Source of the DNA: Deltaproteobacteria bacterium
Lineage (GTDB): Bacteria; Desulfobacterota; BSN033; UBA1163
Assembly: GCA_020059605.1 (NCBI GenBank)
Contig: JAGVBT010000044.1
Coordinates: 42,554-106,553, forward strand
Reading direction: 5' to 3'
Length of the DNA: 64,000 nt
Part shown: in pieces, positions 56,089-64,000 of the stretch
Layout: the number at the start of each line of letters is the position of its first letter
Position numbering within the stretch: the stretch's first letter is position 1
The notes under the pieces: generated by a model
The model's database searches: none
What the model was told of the DNA's origin: nothing
Seen by the model: the letters and a program-made list of their open reading frames with translations, nothing else
Translations under genes and position numbers: made by a program

Positions 56089-57345
56089 TTAAATCATCTG
56101 AATCAGAAGGAGGATGCTGAAGCCTATCAAGAGAACCGTTGTTGTCCAGGCGATGATGTTGAAGACGGGGCCATTGGTGTACTGCATCATCAGTTTTTTG
56201 TCATTGACGAGCAGGAGGATAAAGACGAGGATGAATGGAAGCACGATCCCATTGACCACCTGCGAGACGTACATGATGGCGATGAGAGGAAGGTCCGGAT
56301 AGAGGATGATCCCTGCTCCCAGGAAGATGATCAGGGAATAGATTCCGTAGAACTGGGGGGCTTCGACAAACTTCTTGTCGATCCCCACCTCCCAGCCTAA
56401 CCCCTCGCAGATGAGATAGGTTGTGGAAAGAGGGAGGATCGAGGCCGCAAAGAGGGAGGCATTGACCAGCCCGAAGGCAAAGAGATAGGTGCAGTATTTT
56501 CCTGCAAGGGGCGCCAGGGAGAGAGCTGCATCCTTTGCTGTTTCGATTCTCACCCCGGTTTTGAAGAGCGTCTCCGCACAGACCAGAATGATGAAGAAGG
56601 CGACGATGTGGACAACGACGGATCCCATGACCACATCGAATCGTGCGAACTTATATTCTTCTATCTTGATTCCTTTTTCAACGATTGAAGCCTGAAGATA
56701 GAACTGCATCCAGGGAGCGATCGTGGTCCCCACGAGGCCGATCACCATCGCCATCTCCGAAGGCTGGAGGCTCAATTGAGGGTTTAAAAATTGTTCGGCC
56801 ACATGGTTCCAATCGGGCCTCACGATGATGCCGGTGATGATGTAGGAGATGTAAAAGACGCAGGCGACCAGGAAGGCCTTTTCCACCGACTTATAAGTCC
56901 CCTTGACGACCATCCACCAGACGAGAAATGCGCTAAGGGGAACGGAGATGAATTTGTCGACCCCAAAGATTTCCATTCCTGCAGCCACGCCTGCGAAGTT
57001 GGAGATGGCATTGCCCATATTGGTCAAAAACATACCAATCATCAAGTAGAAGGTGATCCTAGCTCCAAATTTTTCGCGGATCAGGTCCGAAAGTCCTTTG
57101 CCCGTCACCACTCCCATCCGGGCGCACATCTCCTGGACCACGATCAGGACAATCATGATGGGGACAAGAGACCAAATGAGTTTCAGTCCGAATTCCGCAC
57201 CGGCGAGCGAGTAGGTGGTGATACCACCGGCGTCATTATCCACATTGGAAGTAATGATGCCCGGTCCCATCAGAATGAAGAAGAGACCGACCGTCCTCCA
57301 GAGGGACCGTCTTGAGCTGGAAAACCAATTTTTATAATCGGTCAT
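56089..57345 (-). CDS. mntH: NRAMP-family divalent metal (Mn2+/Fe2+) transporter
   Basis: 418 aa with 11-12 TM helices and the NRAMP motifs (...GPGIITSNVDNDAGGITTYS..., ...MGNAISNFAGVAAG...). Confidence 0.85.
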   Translation of the reverse strand: MTDYKNWFSSSRRSLWRTVGLFFILMGPGIITSNVDNDAGGITTYSLAGAEFGLKLIWSLVPIMIVLIVVQEMCARMGVVTGKGLSDLIREKFGARITFYLMIGMFLTNMGNAISNFAGVAAGMEIFGVDKFISVPLSAFLVWWMVVKGTYKSVEKAFLVACVFYISYIITGIIVRPDWNHVAEQFLNPQLSLQPSEMAMVIGLVGTTIAPWMQFYLQASIVEKGIKIEEYKFARFDVVMGSVVVHIVAFFIILVCAETLFKTGVRIETAKDAALSLAPLAGKYCTYLFAFGLVNASLFAASILPLSTTYLICEGLGWEVGIDKKFVEAPQFYGIYSLIIFLGAGIILYPDLPLIAIMYVSQVVNGIVLPFILVFILLLVNDKKLMMQYTNGPVFNIIAWTTTVLLIGFSILLLIQMI

Positions 57346-57351
57346 GTTTAT

Positions 57352-57425
57352 TCTTTATCCACGAATCATGCAAAGAATACCCAATCACCAAATAATAACC
57401 AATATCCAAATTCCAATGATTTTAT
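57352..57425. repeat. AT-rich CCAAT/CCAAAT word repeats in the mntH leader
   Basis: ACCCAATCACCAAATAATAACCAATATCCAAATTCCAATGATT. Confidence 0.6.
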
Positions 57426-57605
57426 TTAAATCGCATCTAAAAACCCCTTCCTGTGGACGGGGATGAAAGATACGTCTGCTGAAAGCAGAAAAAACCCAAC
57501 CAGATGCTGAAACAAGTTCAGCATGACAAGAGGGTTTGGTTCTGGTGTTTTTGTCATCCCGAACTTGTTTCGGGATCCCGGTTTTGGATTTAGAATTTAG
57601 GTTTT

Positions 57606-57640
57606 TAAGCCCCTCCCTGTTGGCGGGGCTTTTTATTGAT
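57606..57640 (+). terminator. Terminator-like hairpin on the plus strand in the mntH leader region
   Basis: AAGCCCCTCCCTGTTGGCGGGGCTTTTTATTG. A related hairpin, CCCCTTCCTGTGGACGGGG at 57446-57466, reads on the minus strand as CCCCGUCCACAGGAAGGGGUUUUUA. Confidence 0.35.
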
Positions 57641-57721
57641 GATTGGTCATTGAACTATTGGAATTTATTTGGTGTTTGCCTGCCTGCCGCAGGCAGGGAA
57701 TTTGGTTATTGGAGCTTTAAA

Positions 57722-59005
57722 TTATCCGGCATCGGGGGCAAGCACATCGAGGACGCTTCGAAAACTGATCACGCCTCTCAAACGGTTTTCGTCGTCCAAG
57801 ACGGGCAAGGCCCTGAATCCATACTTGGCGAAGGCATCCACCACCTTATTCTGGTCCTCGTCCTGTTTGACGCTAACCACCCTCGGAGTCTGGATTTCGG
57901 AGAGGGGCTTCTGGGAATGGGCCGTGAGAAGGTCCCGGATGCTGATCACTCCCTGAAGCGCTTCTTCCTCATCCACCACATAGATGTAATCGATGATATC
58001 CAGATTTGGAGCTTCCGACTTTAACCGCGAAATGGCGGCCTCCACCGTGATATCCGGTGTCAGGCTGAGATAAGCCGTGGTCATCAAGCCTCCAGCGGAC
58101 TCATCGGGATGGACAAGCAGTTCTCTCACGTCTTCGGCCCTCTCTTGTTCCATCCCTTCAAGGATTTCTTCAGCCCTCTCTTCTGAGAGATCGCCCAGAA
58201 GATCAGCCGCATCGCTGGGCGACATCTCCTCCACAATATCCGATGCCTTCTCCAGGGGAGTGGTCTCGATGAGGGCCTTCTGAATTTTGGGATCGATCTC
58301 CTCGAGGGTTTCAGCCGCCGTCTCGGGGTCCAGGGCATGGAAGATGGCGGACCGCTCGCGACCGCTCAAGTCCTCGATGATATCGGCCAGGTCCGCGGGA
58401 TGCAGGTGCGACAATTTCTTCTGGGAGACGCTGAGATGGAGCAGGTCCGAGCCGGAGAGGAGTTGAACGTATTTCCAGGAGATGAATTGATTGGGAAGCT
58501 TGTAGGAGAAGAGCCATTCGAGGATCCGATCGACCGGCTTCTCCCATCCCACCCGTCTCATCAATCCCCGGAATCCCACGTCGACATGAACCAGCCTTAA
58601 CCGGGAGTCGATTTTTAAGACATGGAGATCGTTGACCCTCACCACTTTCGCACCATAGGTGTCGACGATCTGTTTGTCCATCACCTCGTCTCGAAGCAGG
58701 ACCACGTCCCTTCCAGAGAGAAAGGCGTTAAGATCGACAAGGTTTCCCTCGGGCAGGATGATTCTAGGTTCGATTTGAATCGCTTTCTCCCAGGGGAGGT
58801 AAAATTTCTTCCTCCCTGCCCGGATCACCATTCCGAGGATCATCGGATACGGCTCGATCCGCTCGGCCACGAAGTCAACGATCTTTCCCGCTTTCTTCCC
58901 CGAGTGGGAATAGACCTTCCGGTTCAAGAAATCGCTAAAAAAATAAAACTCTTTAAGGTTCTGATTCATAGGCCTGTTCTTTCGATGCCTGCCAAAACTG
59001 CTCAA
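57722..59005 (-). CDS. Soluble MgtE-N plus tandem-CBS domain protein with an N-terminal PRC-barrel-like domain and no MgtE membrane domain
   Basis: The central region matches the MgtE N-domain (...DLADIIEDLSGRERSAIFHAL...AADLLGDL...). The C-terminal CBS pair is present (GVISIRDLL, GVISFRSVL). The protein ends right after the CBS pair, with no TM helices. Confidence 0.6.
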   Translation of the reverse strand: MSSFGRHRKNRPMNQNLKEFYFFSDFLNRKVYSHSGKKAGKIVDFVAERIEPYPMILGMVIRAGRKKFYLPWEKAIQIEPRIILPEGNLVDLNAFLSGRDVVLLRDEVMDKQIVDTYGAKVVRVNDLHVLKIDSRLRLVHVDVGFRGLMRRVGWEKPVDRILEWLFSYKLPNQFISWKYVQLLSGSDLLHLSVSQKKLSHLHPADLADIIEDLSGRERSAIFHALDPETAAETLEEIDPKIQKALIETTPLEKASDIVEEMSPSDAADLLGDLSEERAEEILEGMEQERAEDVRELLVHPDESAGGLMTTAYLSLTPDITVEAAISRLKSEAPNLDIIDYIYVVDEEEALQGVISIRDLLTAHSQKPLSEIQTPRVVSVKQDEDQNKVVDAFAKYGFRALPVLDDENRLRGVISFRSVLDVLAPDAG

Positions 59006-59034
59006 GCCACTTTATAACGATTTCAGGGAGGGTG

Positions 59035-59928
59035 TCAAACGATTAGCGTTTTCACCGTTCCTTCCTCCATCTCATCGAGGGTTTTTTTCATCAAATCAAG
59101 CAGGCCGCCCTCGAGCTCTCTGGAGGAATGGATGGCGATCAGGATGCATTTGAGCGTTGAGAGCGTTTCGGTCTCCAACAAGCGCCGAAACACCCTCTCC
59201 AGCTCCGCGGGATTCACTTCTTTCAAATGGGCAAGCAGTCCGTGAAGTTCATCTTGGGTATACCGTTCGAGGATATCATGCTCCCGCAATCTGATTCGTG
59301 AATAGACCTCGTCCAGGAGGCCCGCTTTCCCCCTGATGCAAAACAGGGTGAGGTACCGAACTTGCCCCTCATCGACTTTCCGTCTTTCTGCGATGTCCGG
59401 ATCGGTGGGGATTTCGTAATCCAGCTCGTTCAGAATCCGAAGGTTCCTCATGAAAATAGCTTGATGGTCCCTGGAGTGAAACCACTGAAAGGGAAAGCCC
59501 TTCTGTGCCGCCCTGGAGATTTCTTCTTCCTTTTTCTTGGCTAGGGCTTGTTTTTGAAGGAGGATATATTCAAATTTGGAATAGAGGTTCTTTGTGAGAA
59601 ATCCGAATTCCGTAATCGATTTGTCGCGCAGGGAATCCCGACGATAGTACTGCCTGTATTTCCCCTGGAGGAGTTGCTGGATGGCTTTGATTTCTGCGAG
59701 GCGATCGCGGATTTCTTTGTAGAGCTGCCGGATATCGACGATGATATCCTGGGGCGTATGTTTTTCAGGGGTAACAACCAGACAGAGCGCCTTGAAATCC
59801 TCGACCATTTCCTTCAGATGGCTGTAGTTATGCTGAACCGTTTTTTCCAGGCTTTCGGCATACCTTTGCATCGCATCCTTCGGCATAAACGGCTCTCCAG
59901 AAACTATTATATACTTAATCCCCTTCAC
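59035..59928 (-). CDS. Hypothetical protein (297 aa), no recognisable domain
   Basis: A long ORF in the same direction in a tight gene string. It is helical and charged in composition. Confidence 0.4.
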   Translation of the reverse strand: MKGIKYIIVSGEPFMPKDAMQRYAESLEKTVQHNYSHLKEMVEDFKALCLVVTPEKHTPQDIIVDIRQLYKEIRDRLAEIKAIQQLLQGKYRQYYRRDSLRDKSITEFGFLTKNLYSKFEYILLQKQALAKKKEEEISRAAQKGFPFQWFHSRDHQAIFMRNLRILNELDYEIPTDPDIAERRKVDEGQVRYLTLFCIRGKAGLLDEVYSRIRLREHDILERYTQDELHGLLAHLKEVNPAELERVFRRLLETETLSTLKCILIAIHSSRELEGGLLDLMKKTLDEMEEGTVKTLIV

Positions 59929-59952
59929 TCTCCAGGATAGAAAAACCCTGCC

Positions 59953-60354
59953 TTAGATGAACCCTTCTCCGGAGGAACTCATCCGGCTTCGAACCGGTTC
60001 ATCCGCAGGGGACATGGCCAACCGGTTTAATTCCTCTAAACCGACCCAACGGAGATCCTGGCATCCGATGGGTTTCGGAACGCCCTTCTTGATGCGGCAG
60101 CGATAGGCGAGCAGGAGGATTGGATATTCCGGATACGAATGAAAGACGACCTCGAGAATCCCCTCCGGTTCCACATCGATATCCAGCTCCTCTTTCAACT
60201 CCCTTCGCAGGGCATCCCTCGGGTCTTCACCCTCCCTCGCCTTGCCTCCCGGAAATTCCCAGAGCCCGCCGCGGTGAGACCCCTCTTTTCTCTTGGCCAC
60301 AAGGACTTTCTTCTGTTCAATAATCACGCCTGCAGTGACGATGACCGTTTTCAT
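59953..60354 (-). CDS. NUDIX hydrolase (MutT-like)
   Basis: The Nudix box is GGLWEFPGGKAREGEDPRDALRRELKEELDI. The start is taken at M22 (MKTVIV). Confidence 0.75.
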   Translation of the reverse strand: MKTVIVTAGVIIEQKKVLVAKRKEGSHRGGLWEFPGGKAREGEDPRDALRRELKEELDIDVEPEGILEVVFHSYPEYPILLLAYRCRIKKGVPKPIGCQDLRWVGLEELNRLAMSPADEPVRSRMSSSGEGFI

Positions 60355-60355
60355 C

Positions 60356-61387
60356 TCACCCCTCGATGCGGTTGCGGCCGGTCTTTTTGGCGCGGTAGAG
60401 GGCATGGTCGGCTTCACGGATCAGATCGGTGAGGGTCGGGGTGGAGGAGGAAAACGTGGCCACGCCAATGCTCACCGTTAGATCTCCATTGGGCTGTTCC
60501 TTCTCATTGGGAAACCGGGTTTCGGAGACGAGCCTCCTCACCCTTTCTGCGATCTCTCTGGCTTCCTCCTTTCCCGCCTTGATCAGGATGGCGGCAAACT
60601 CCTCTCCACCGTACCGGGATACGATATCGCTTTGCCGGACTCCATGCTGGATGAGAATGGCGATCGCCTTCAACACCTCGTCTCCGGCTAAATGCCCATT
60701 GCGGTCATTGTAATGTTTAAAATAGTCGATATCGATCATGAGAAGGGAGAGGGGAACGGGATATCGTTTCTGTCGTTCTACTTCCACGGTCAGTTGTTGA
60801 ATGAAAAAACGGTGGTTATAGATTTGGGTGAGGTCGTCGATATAAGAGAGCAGCATGGCCTCCTCTCTCATCTTCTCAACCTCCTTCACCTTCTCCTTGA
60901 AGAGGTCTTTCATGGCTTGAAGTTCCCTGGCGTATTGATCCCTTTCCCGAATCTTCTCCAGGAACTGTTTTTTCGAGCTCTCCCACTCCTCTTCAAGCCG
61001 TATCCGTTCCCTCAGATCCCTCAGAGTGATCCAACAGGTCTCTCCACGGAGGGCGGCAGAGCATTCCACAGGGATTTCTTCCCTGCGCCGGTTGACGACA
61101 CGGAGGTTCAGATGGATCTCGCGCCCTTTCTCCATCTCGTCGAAGGCCTCCCTCACCGCGTTGAGATCGTCGAGAGCCACCACCTCCATGAAAACCGTCT
61201 GCCGGAGTTCTTCCGCAGAGTAGCCCAGCAGATCCGTTCCCTTCGGGTTTATCTTCAAGAATTCTCCCCTTCGATTGAGCATGAAGAAAGGGTCATGGAT
61301 CAACTCAAAGATGGTGCTGAGGAGATAAACCTCTCTCTCGAGTGCTTCCACCTTCATCCGGATCTCTTTTAGAGAAGAAGCGTTCAT
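60356..61387 (-). CDS. PAS-GGDEF diguanylate cyclase
   Basis: An N-terminal PAS-like segment and a C-terminal GGEEF site (RYGGEEFAAIL) are present. Confidence 0.75.
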   Translation of the reverse strand: MNASSLKEIRMKVEALEREVYLLSTIFELIHDPFFMLNRRGEFLKINPKGTDLLGYSAEELRQTVFMEVVALDDLNAVREAFDEMEKGREIHLNLRVVNRRREEIPVECSAALRGETCWITLRDLRERIRLEEEWESSKKQFLEKIRERDQYARELQAMKDLFKEKVKEVEKMREEAMLLSYIDDLTQIYNHRFFIQQLTVEVERQKRYPVPLSLLMIDIDYFKHYNDRNGHLAGDEVLKAIAILIQHGVRQSDIVSRYGGEEFAAILIKAGKEEAREIAERVRRLVSETRFPNEKEQPNGDLTVSIGVATFSSSTPTLTDLIREADHALYRAKKTGRNRIEG

Positions 61388-61401
61388 ATCTATGAAATGA
61401 G

Positions 61402-62082
61402 TTATACCATCTCTTGGACGGTCTTTTCCATCTCCTTCAGGACTTTCGGGTCGTAAGGGAGGGCTTTTTTAAGCGCGGGGTCCAGCGGATCCTCCGGGTT
61501 GAAATTCTGGAGGATCAACCTTGGCCCCGCTCTCAACTGCTTGCCCAGGATTCGGACCTCTTCCTCGCTATGGAGTGTAGGGACAACGGTCATTCGAAAT
61601 TGATACCCCACCTTCTCCCCCTTGAGGATCTCAATCGACCTGGAGATGAGGGAAAGGTCAACGGGAAGCCCGGCTGCTCTCCGGTAACTGAAGGAATCCA
61701 GGGGACCCTTCACATCCATGGAGACGAAATCGACCCTTCCTTCTTCAATCAGTTTTCCCAACATCTCTGGCCGGGAGCCATTTGTGTCGAGCTTGACTGA
61801 AAATCCGCCTTCTTTTATCTTCTGAATCAGAAGAGGAAGATCCTCGTGCAGGGTCGGCTCGCCGCCCGTGATGCAAACCCCGTCAATCCAACCCCTGAAG
61901 GCGTAAAGCCGCGAAAGGACTTCTTCCAGGGGAATGGAGGTCAACCGCGCGGGGGAAAAGACCAGGGGATGGTTATGGCAGTAAGGACAACGGAAGTTGC
62001 AGCCGGGGAGGAAAAGGACGGAGCAGATCTTCCCGGGCCAGTCCAAAAAGGAAGTCTCTAAAAATCCCTTGATCTCGATCAT
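61402..62082 (-). CDS. Radical SAM activating enzyme of the NrdG-like (anaerobic RNR activase-like) family
   Basis: IKGFLETSFLDWPGKICSVLFLPGCNFRCPYCHN is the characteristic N-terminus with CxxxCxxC. The start is taken at M18. Confidence 0.65.
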   Translation of the reverse strand: MIEIKGFLETSFLDWPGKICSVLFLPGCNFRCPYCHNHPLVFSPARLTSIPLEEVLSRLYAFRGWIDGVCITGGEPTLHEDLPLLIQKIKEGGFSVKLDTNGSRPEMLGKLIEEGRVDFVSMDVKGPLDSFSYRRAAGLPVDLSLISRSIEILKGEKVGYQFRMTVVPTLHSEEEVRILGKQLRAGPRLILQNFNPEDPLDPALKKALPYDPKVLKEMEKTVQEMV

Positions 62083-62250
62083 GGTTCTTCTTAAAGGCGC
62101 GGATGCTGTTTTCGGACACTCGTTCAGGCCCATTCATCCGTTGGTTATTAATTTTCCGGGTATATGTTGTTTATATATAAGTCCCATCCAATAATCAAGT
62201 AAAAAGAACGGCTTGAATGTATATCCATACCAAATTAGAATGAAGGGGAG

Positions 62251-62928
62251 ATGAGCATTTCAATCATCATTCCGGTCTTAAATGAAGCTCCGGGAATTGT
62301 CCAGGCTCTCGTTGCCCTTGGGCCTTTGCGCCAGGCAGGTCATGAAGTAATCTTGATTGACGGCGGAAGCCGCGATGATACCATCCTCCTTTCCGAGGCT
62401 TATGCCGACCAAATCATTCGGGCCCCGCGCGGCAGGAGTGTTCAGATGAATGCCGGTGCAAAACTGGCCGGAGGCGAGATTCTCCTTTTTCTCCATGGCG
62501 ATACCTTTCTGCCCAAAGGAGCTGACCGGTTGATCATTGAGGGCATGGACCGGAAGGGAACGAAATGGGGTCGTTTTGATGTGACATTGTCGGGAGTCCA
62601 TCTCTTGCTTCGCCTCATCGAGTTTCTGATGAACTGGCGGTCCCGACTCTTTCAGATCGCCACAGGAGACCAGGCCATCTTTGTAAAAAGAGACCTCTTT
62701 GAGGCCATCGGTGGTTTCCCGGAAATTGACCTGATGGAAGATATCGCCTTATCCAGGATTTTAAAAAAACATGGCCGCCCCCTCTGTCTCCGGCAACGGG
62801 TGGTCACTTCCAGCCGCCGCTGGGAGGAGAAGGGTTTATTCCGTACGATCTTTCTCATGTGGTTTTTAAGGCTGGCCTATTTTTTCAACATAAACCCGAA
62901 ACGACTGGCAAAGCTTTATTATCCGTAG
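62251..62928 (+). CDS. Family 2 glycosyltransferase (TIGR04283-like)
   Basis: IIIPVLNEAPGI...GGSRDDT is a GT-A fold with a DxD-like region. Confidence 0.6.
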   Translation: MSISIIIPVLNEAPGIVQALVALGPLRQAGHEVILIDGGSRDDTILLSEAYADQIIRAPRGRSVQMNAGAKLAGGEILLFLHGDTFLPKGADRLIIEGMDRKGTKWGRFDVTLSGVHLLLRLIEFLMNWRSRLFQIATGDQAIFVKRDLFEAIGGFPEIDLMEDIALSRILKKHGRPLCLRQRVVTSSRRWEEKGLFRTIFLMWFLRLAYFFNINPKRLAKLYYP

Positions 62929-62933
62929 CTCGA

Positions 62934-63572
62934 ATGACACGAATGAAATCGAATTTCGCGGATTGCCGCATCATCGTTCTTTCCAGGGCGCCCATCGCGG
63001 GAGAGGTGAAGACACGCCTGCTCTCCTCCATGGATCCCCAAACCGTTACAATCCTGCATGAACAACTCGTGTTGCATTCATTGAATACGGCGGTGGACTC
63101 GAAAGCGGGTCCTGTTGAGCTCTGGTGTTCGCCCTCGAAGGAACATCCCTTCTTTCTTCGATGCGCTGAAATGTTCCGGCTCGAGCTCCATCAACAGGTA
63201 GAAGGTGATCTTGGCAGAAGGATGGCCCTGGCCTTTGATGAAACATTGAAAAGGTCCCGCGCGGCCCTGCTGATGGGAACGGATTGCCCCTCTCTCAGCC
63301 GTGACGATCTGTCGGAGGCCAAACAAAACTTAATGGAGGGCGTCCCGGCGGTGGTCTCTCCTGCGGAGGATGGAGGCTATGTCCTGATCGGTCTTCGCCG
63401 ATATGAACCATCCCTTTTCGAGGGAATCTCCTGGGGGACCGGCTCTGTCCTGGAGGAGACCAAGGAGCGGCTTGGCCGCCTAAGATGGAAGTGGAAGGAA
63501 CTCCCCGTTCGGTGGGATGTGGACCGTCCCGAAGACGTGGGAAGATTAAGAAGAGAAGGCTTGATAGAATGA
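62934..63572 (+). CDS. DUF2064/TIGR04282-like nucleotidyltransferase-fold protein, partner of the glycosyltransferase
   Basis: ...RIIVLSRAPIAGEVKTRL...LLMGTDCPSLS...GVPAVVSPAEDGGYVLIG... is the family pattern. The start is ambiguous (62934 or 62943). Confidence 0.55.
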   Translation: MTRMKSNFADCRIIVLSRAPIAGEVKTRLLSSMDPQTVTILHEQLVLHSLNTAVDSKAGPVELWCSPSKEHPFFLRCAEMFRLELHQQVEGDLGRRMALAFDETLKRSRAALLMGTDCPSLSRDDLSEAKQNLMEGVPAVVSPAEDGGYVLIGLRRYEPSLFEGISWGTGSVLEETKERLGRLRWKWKELPVRWDVDRPEDVGRLRREGLIE

Positions 63573-63949
63573 AATTGAAAATCGATTGGATAAACATTCA
63601 AAAGGGCCTCCCTCTCCCCTGGTGGGAGAGGGCTGGGGTGAGGGGGAAATGGAAATATTCACCCCCACCTTCACCCATCAATGTTTTTTCCATCATCCTG
63701 TTTCTCATGTTCCCTCTATCAGCATCCCCTCAACCCCAGACCATCATCGAAGTGGGGAAATTCTCAGGTGAAAAAATAGAAAACAAAACTCCTTCGGATT
63801 GGAAACCTCTGACCTTTAAAAAGATCGAACGCCAGACAGCTTATTCCCTTGTAAAAGAGGGAGGGACAGTGGTAGTGAAAGCCGTTTCCGAATCTTCAGC
63901 CTCGGGACTGGTCCGGGAGATCAAAATCGATCCGGATTTGATGTATTGA
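63569..63949 (+). CDS. Hypothetical exported protein
   Basis: ATGA coupling to the upstream gene and the RBS AAGAGAAGG. A hydrophobic segment (FSIILFLMFPLSA) is present. Codons 13-27 (LPLPWWERAGVRGKW) are encoded by a family-1 dispersed repeat. Confidence 0.4.
   Translation: MKLKIDWINIQKGLPLPWWERAGVRGKWKYSPPPSPINVFSIILFLMFPLSASPQPQTIIEVGKFSGEKIENKTPSDWKPLTFKKIERQTAYSLVKEGGTVVVKAVSESSASGLVREIKIDPDLMY
63607..63646. repeat. Dispersed repeat family 1 copy inside coding sequence
   Basis: CCTCCCTCTCCCCTGGTGGGAGAGGGCTGGGGTGAGGGGG. Confidence 0.7.
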
Positions 63950-64000
63950 TGTGTGCCAGGTCAAGCCTTAGTTTTGCCGCTTCCTCTCCCTGCCTGCTTC

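Noticed and set aside
57346-57721. Mn2+ (yybP-ykoY) riboswitch upstream of mntH
   Set aside because: I looked for the conserved GAGAGUAG, UUGUCA and GAGACC elements on the minus strand and found none. Only generic hairpins are present.
1-64000. CRISPR arrays, tRNA or rRNA genes, IS elements or integrases
   Set aside because: There are no regularly spaced direct repeats with unique spacers. No T-loop/anticodon-arm cloverleaf candidates were found on inspection of intergenic regions. No transposase or recombinase motifs appear in any frame.

Overview
This is a 64 kb chromosomal segment, mostly on one replicore, from an anaerobic bacterium of roughly 55% GC. It holds about 60 protein-coding genes and no rRNA, tRNA or CRISPR array. 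The gene content points to a Deltaproteobacteria/Nitrospirota-like anaerobe: siroheme-type heme synthesis (hemB plus an AhbD/NirJ-like radical SAM), a four-subunit 2-oxoacid:ferredoxin oxidoreductase, B12-binding and other radical SAM proteins, and a candidate selenoprotein. The ordinary backbone includes polA, radA, priA, fabH, rsmG, panB/panE, mscL, an NRAMP transporter, a PolX polymerase and a sensor kinase/REC-GGDEF pair. Five things are not explained by routine annotation. (1) An AT-rich accessory island (about 38.9 to 47.4 kb) carries three type II toxin-antitoxin cassettes, an alpha/beta hydrolase and two class III nucleotide-cyclase proteins, with a standalone cNMP-binding protein just beyond it at 47.56 kb. 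One cyclase is fused to a double zinc ribbon, a STAND ATPase and TPR repeats. The toxin-antitoxin cassettes are interleaved with degraded duplicate copies of the 3' end of the big cyclase gene, the signature of repeated site-specific insertion. (2) A FrnE/DsbA-like gene has an in-frame TGA exactly where the first Cys of the CPWC motif should be (UPWC), making it a candidate selenoprotein. (3) A textbook cobalamin riboswitch controls a tonB-btuF-btuC-btuD operon. (4) A 30-aa bS22-type ribosomal protein gene was missed by the ORF track. (5) Several families of dispersed GC-rich palindromic repeats and locus-specific short-word tandem repeats occur; some have been co-opted into the ends of coding regions. 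Product names are inferred from motifs I could read in the translations; no database search was possible.
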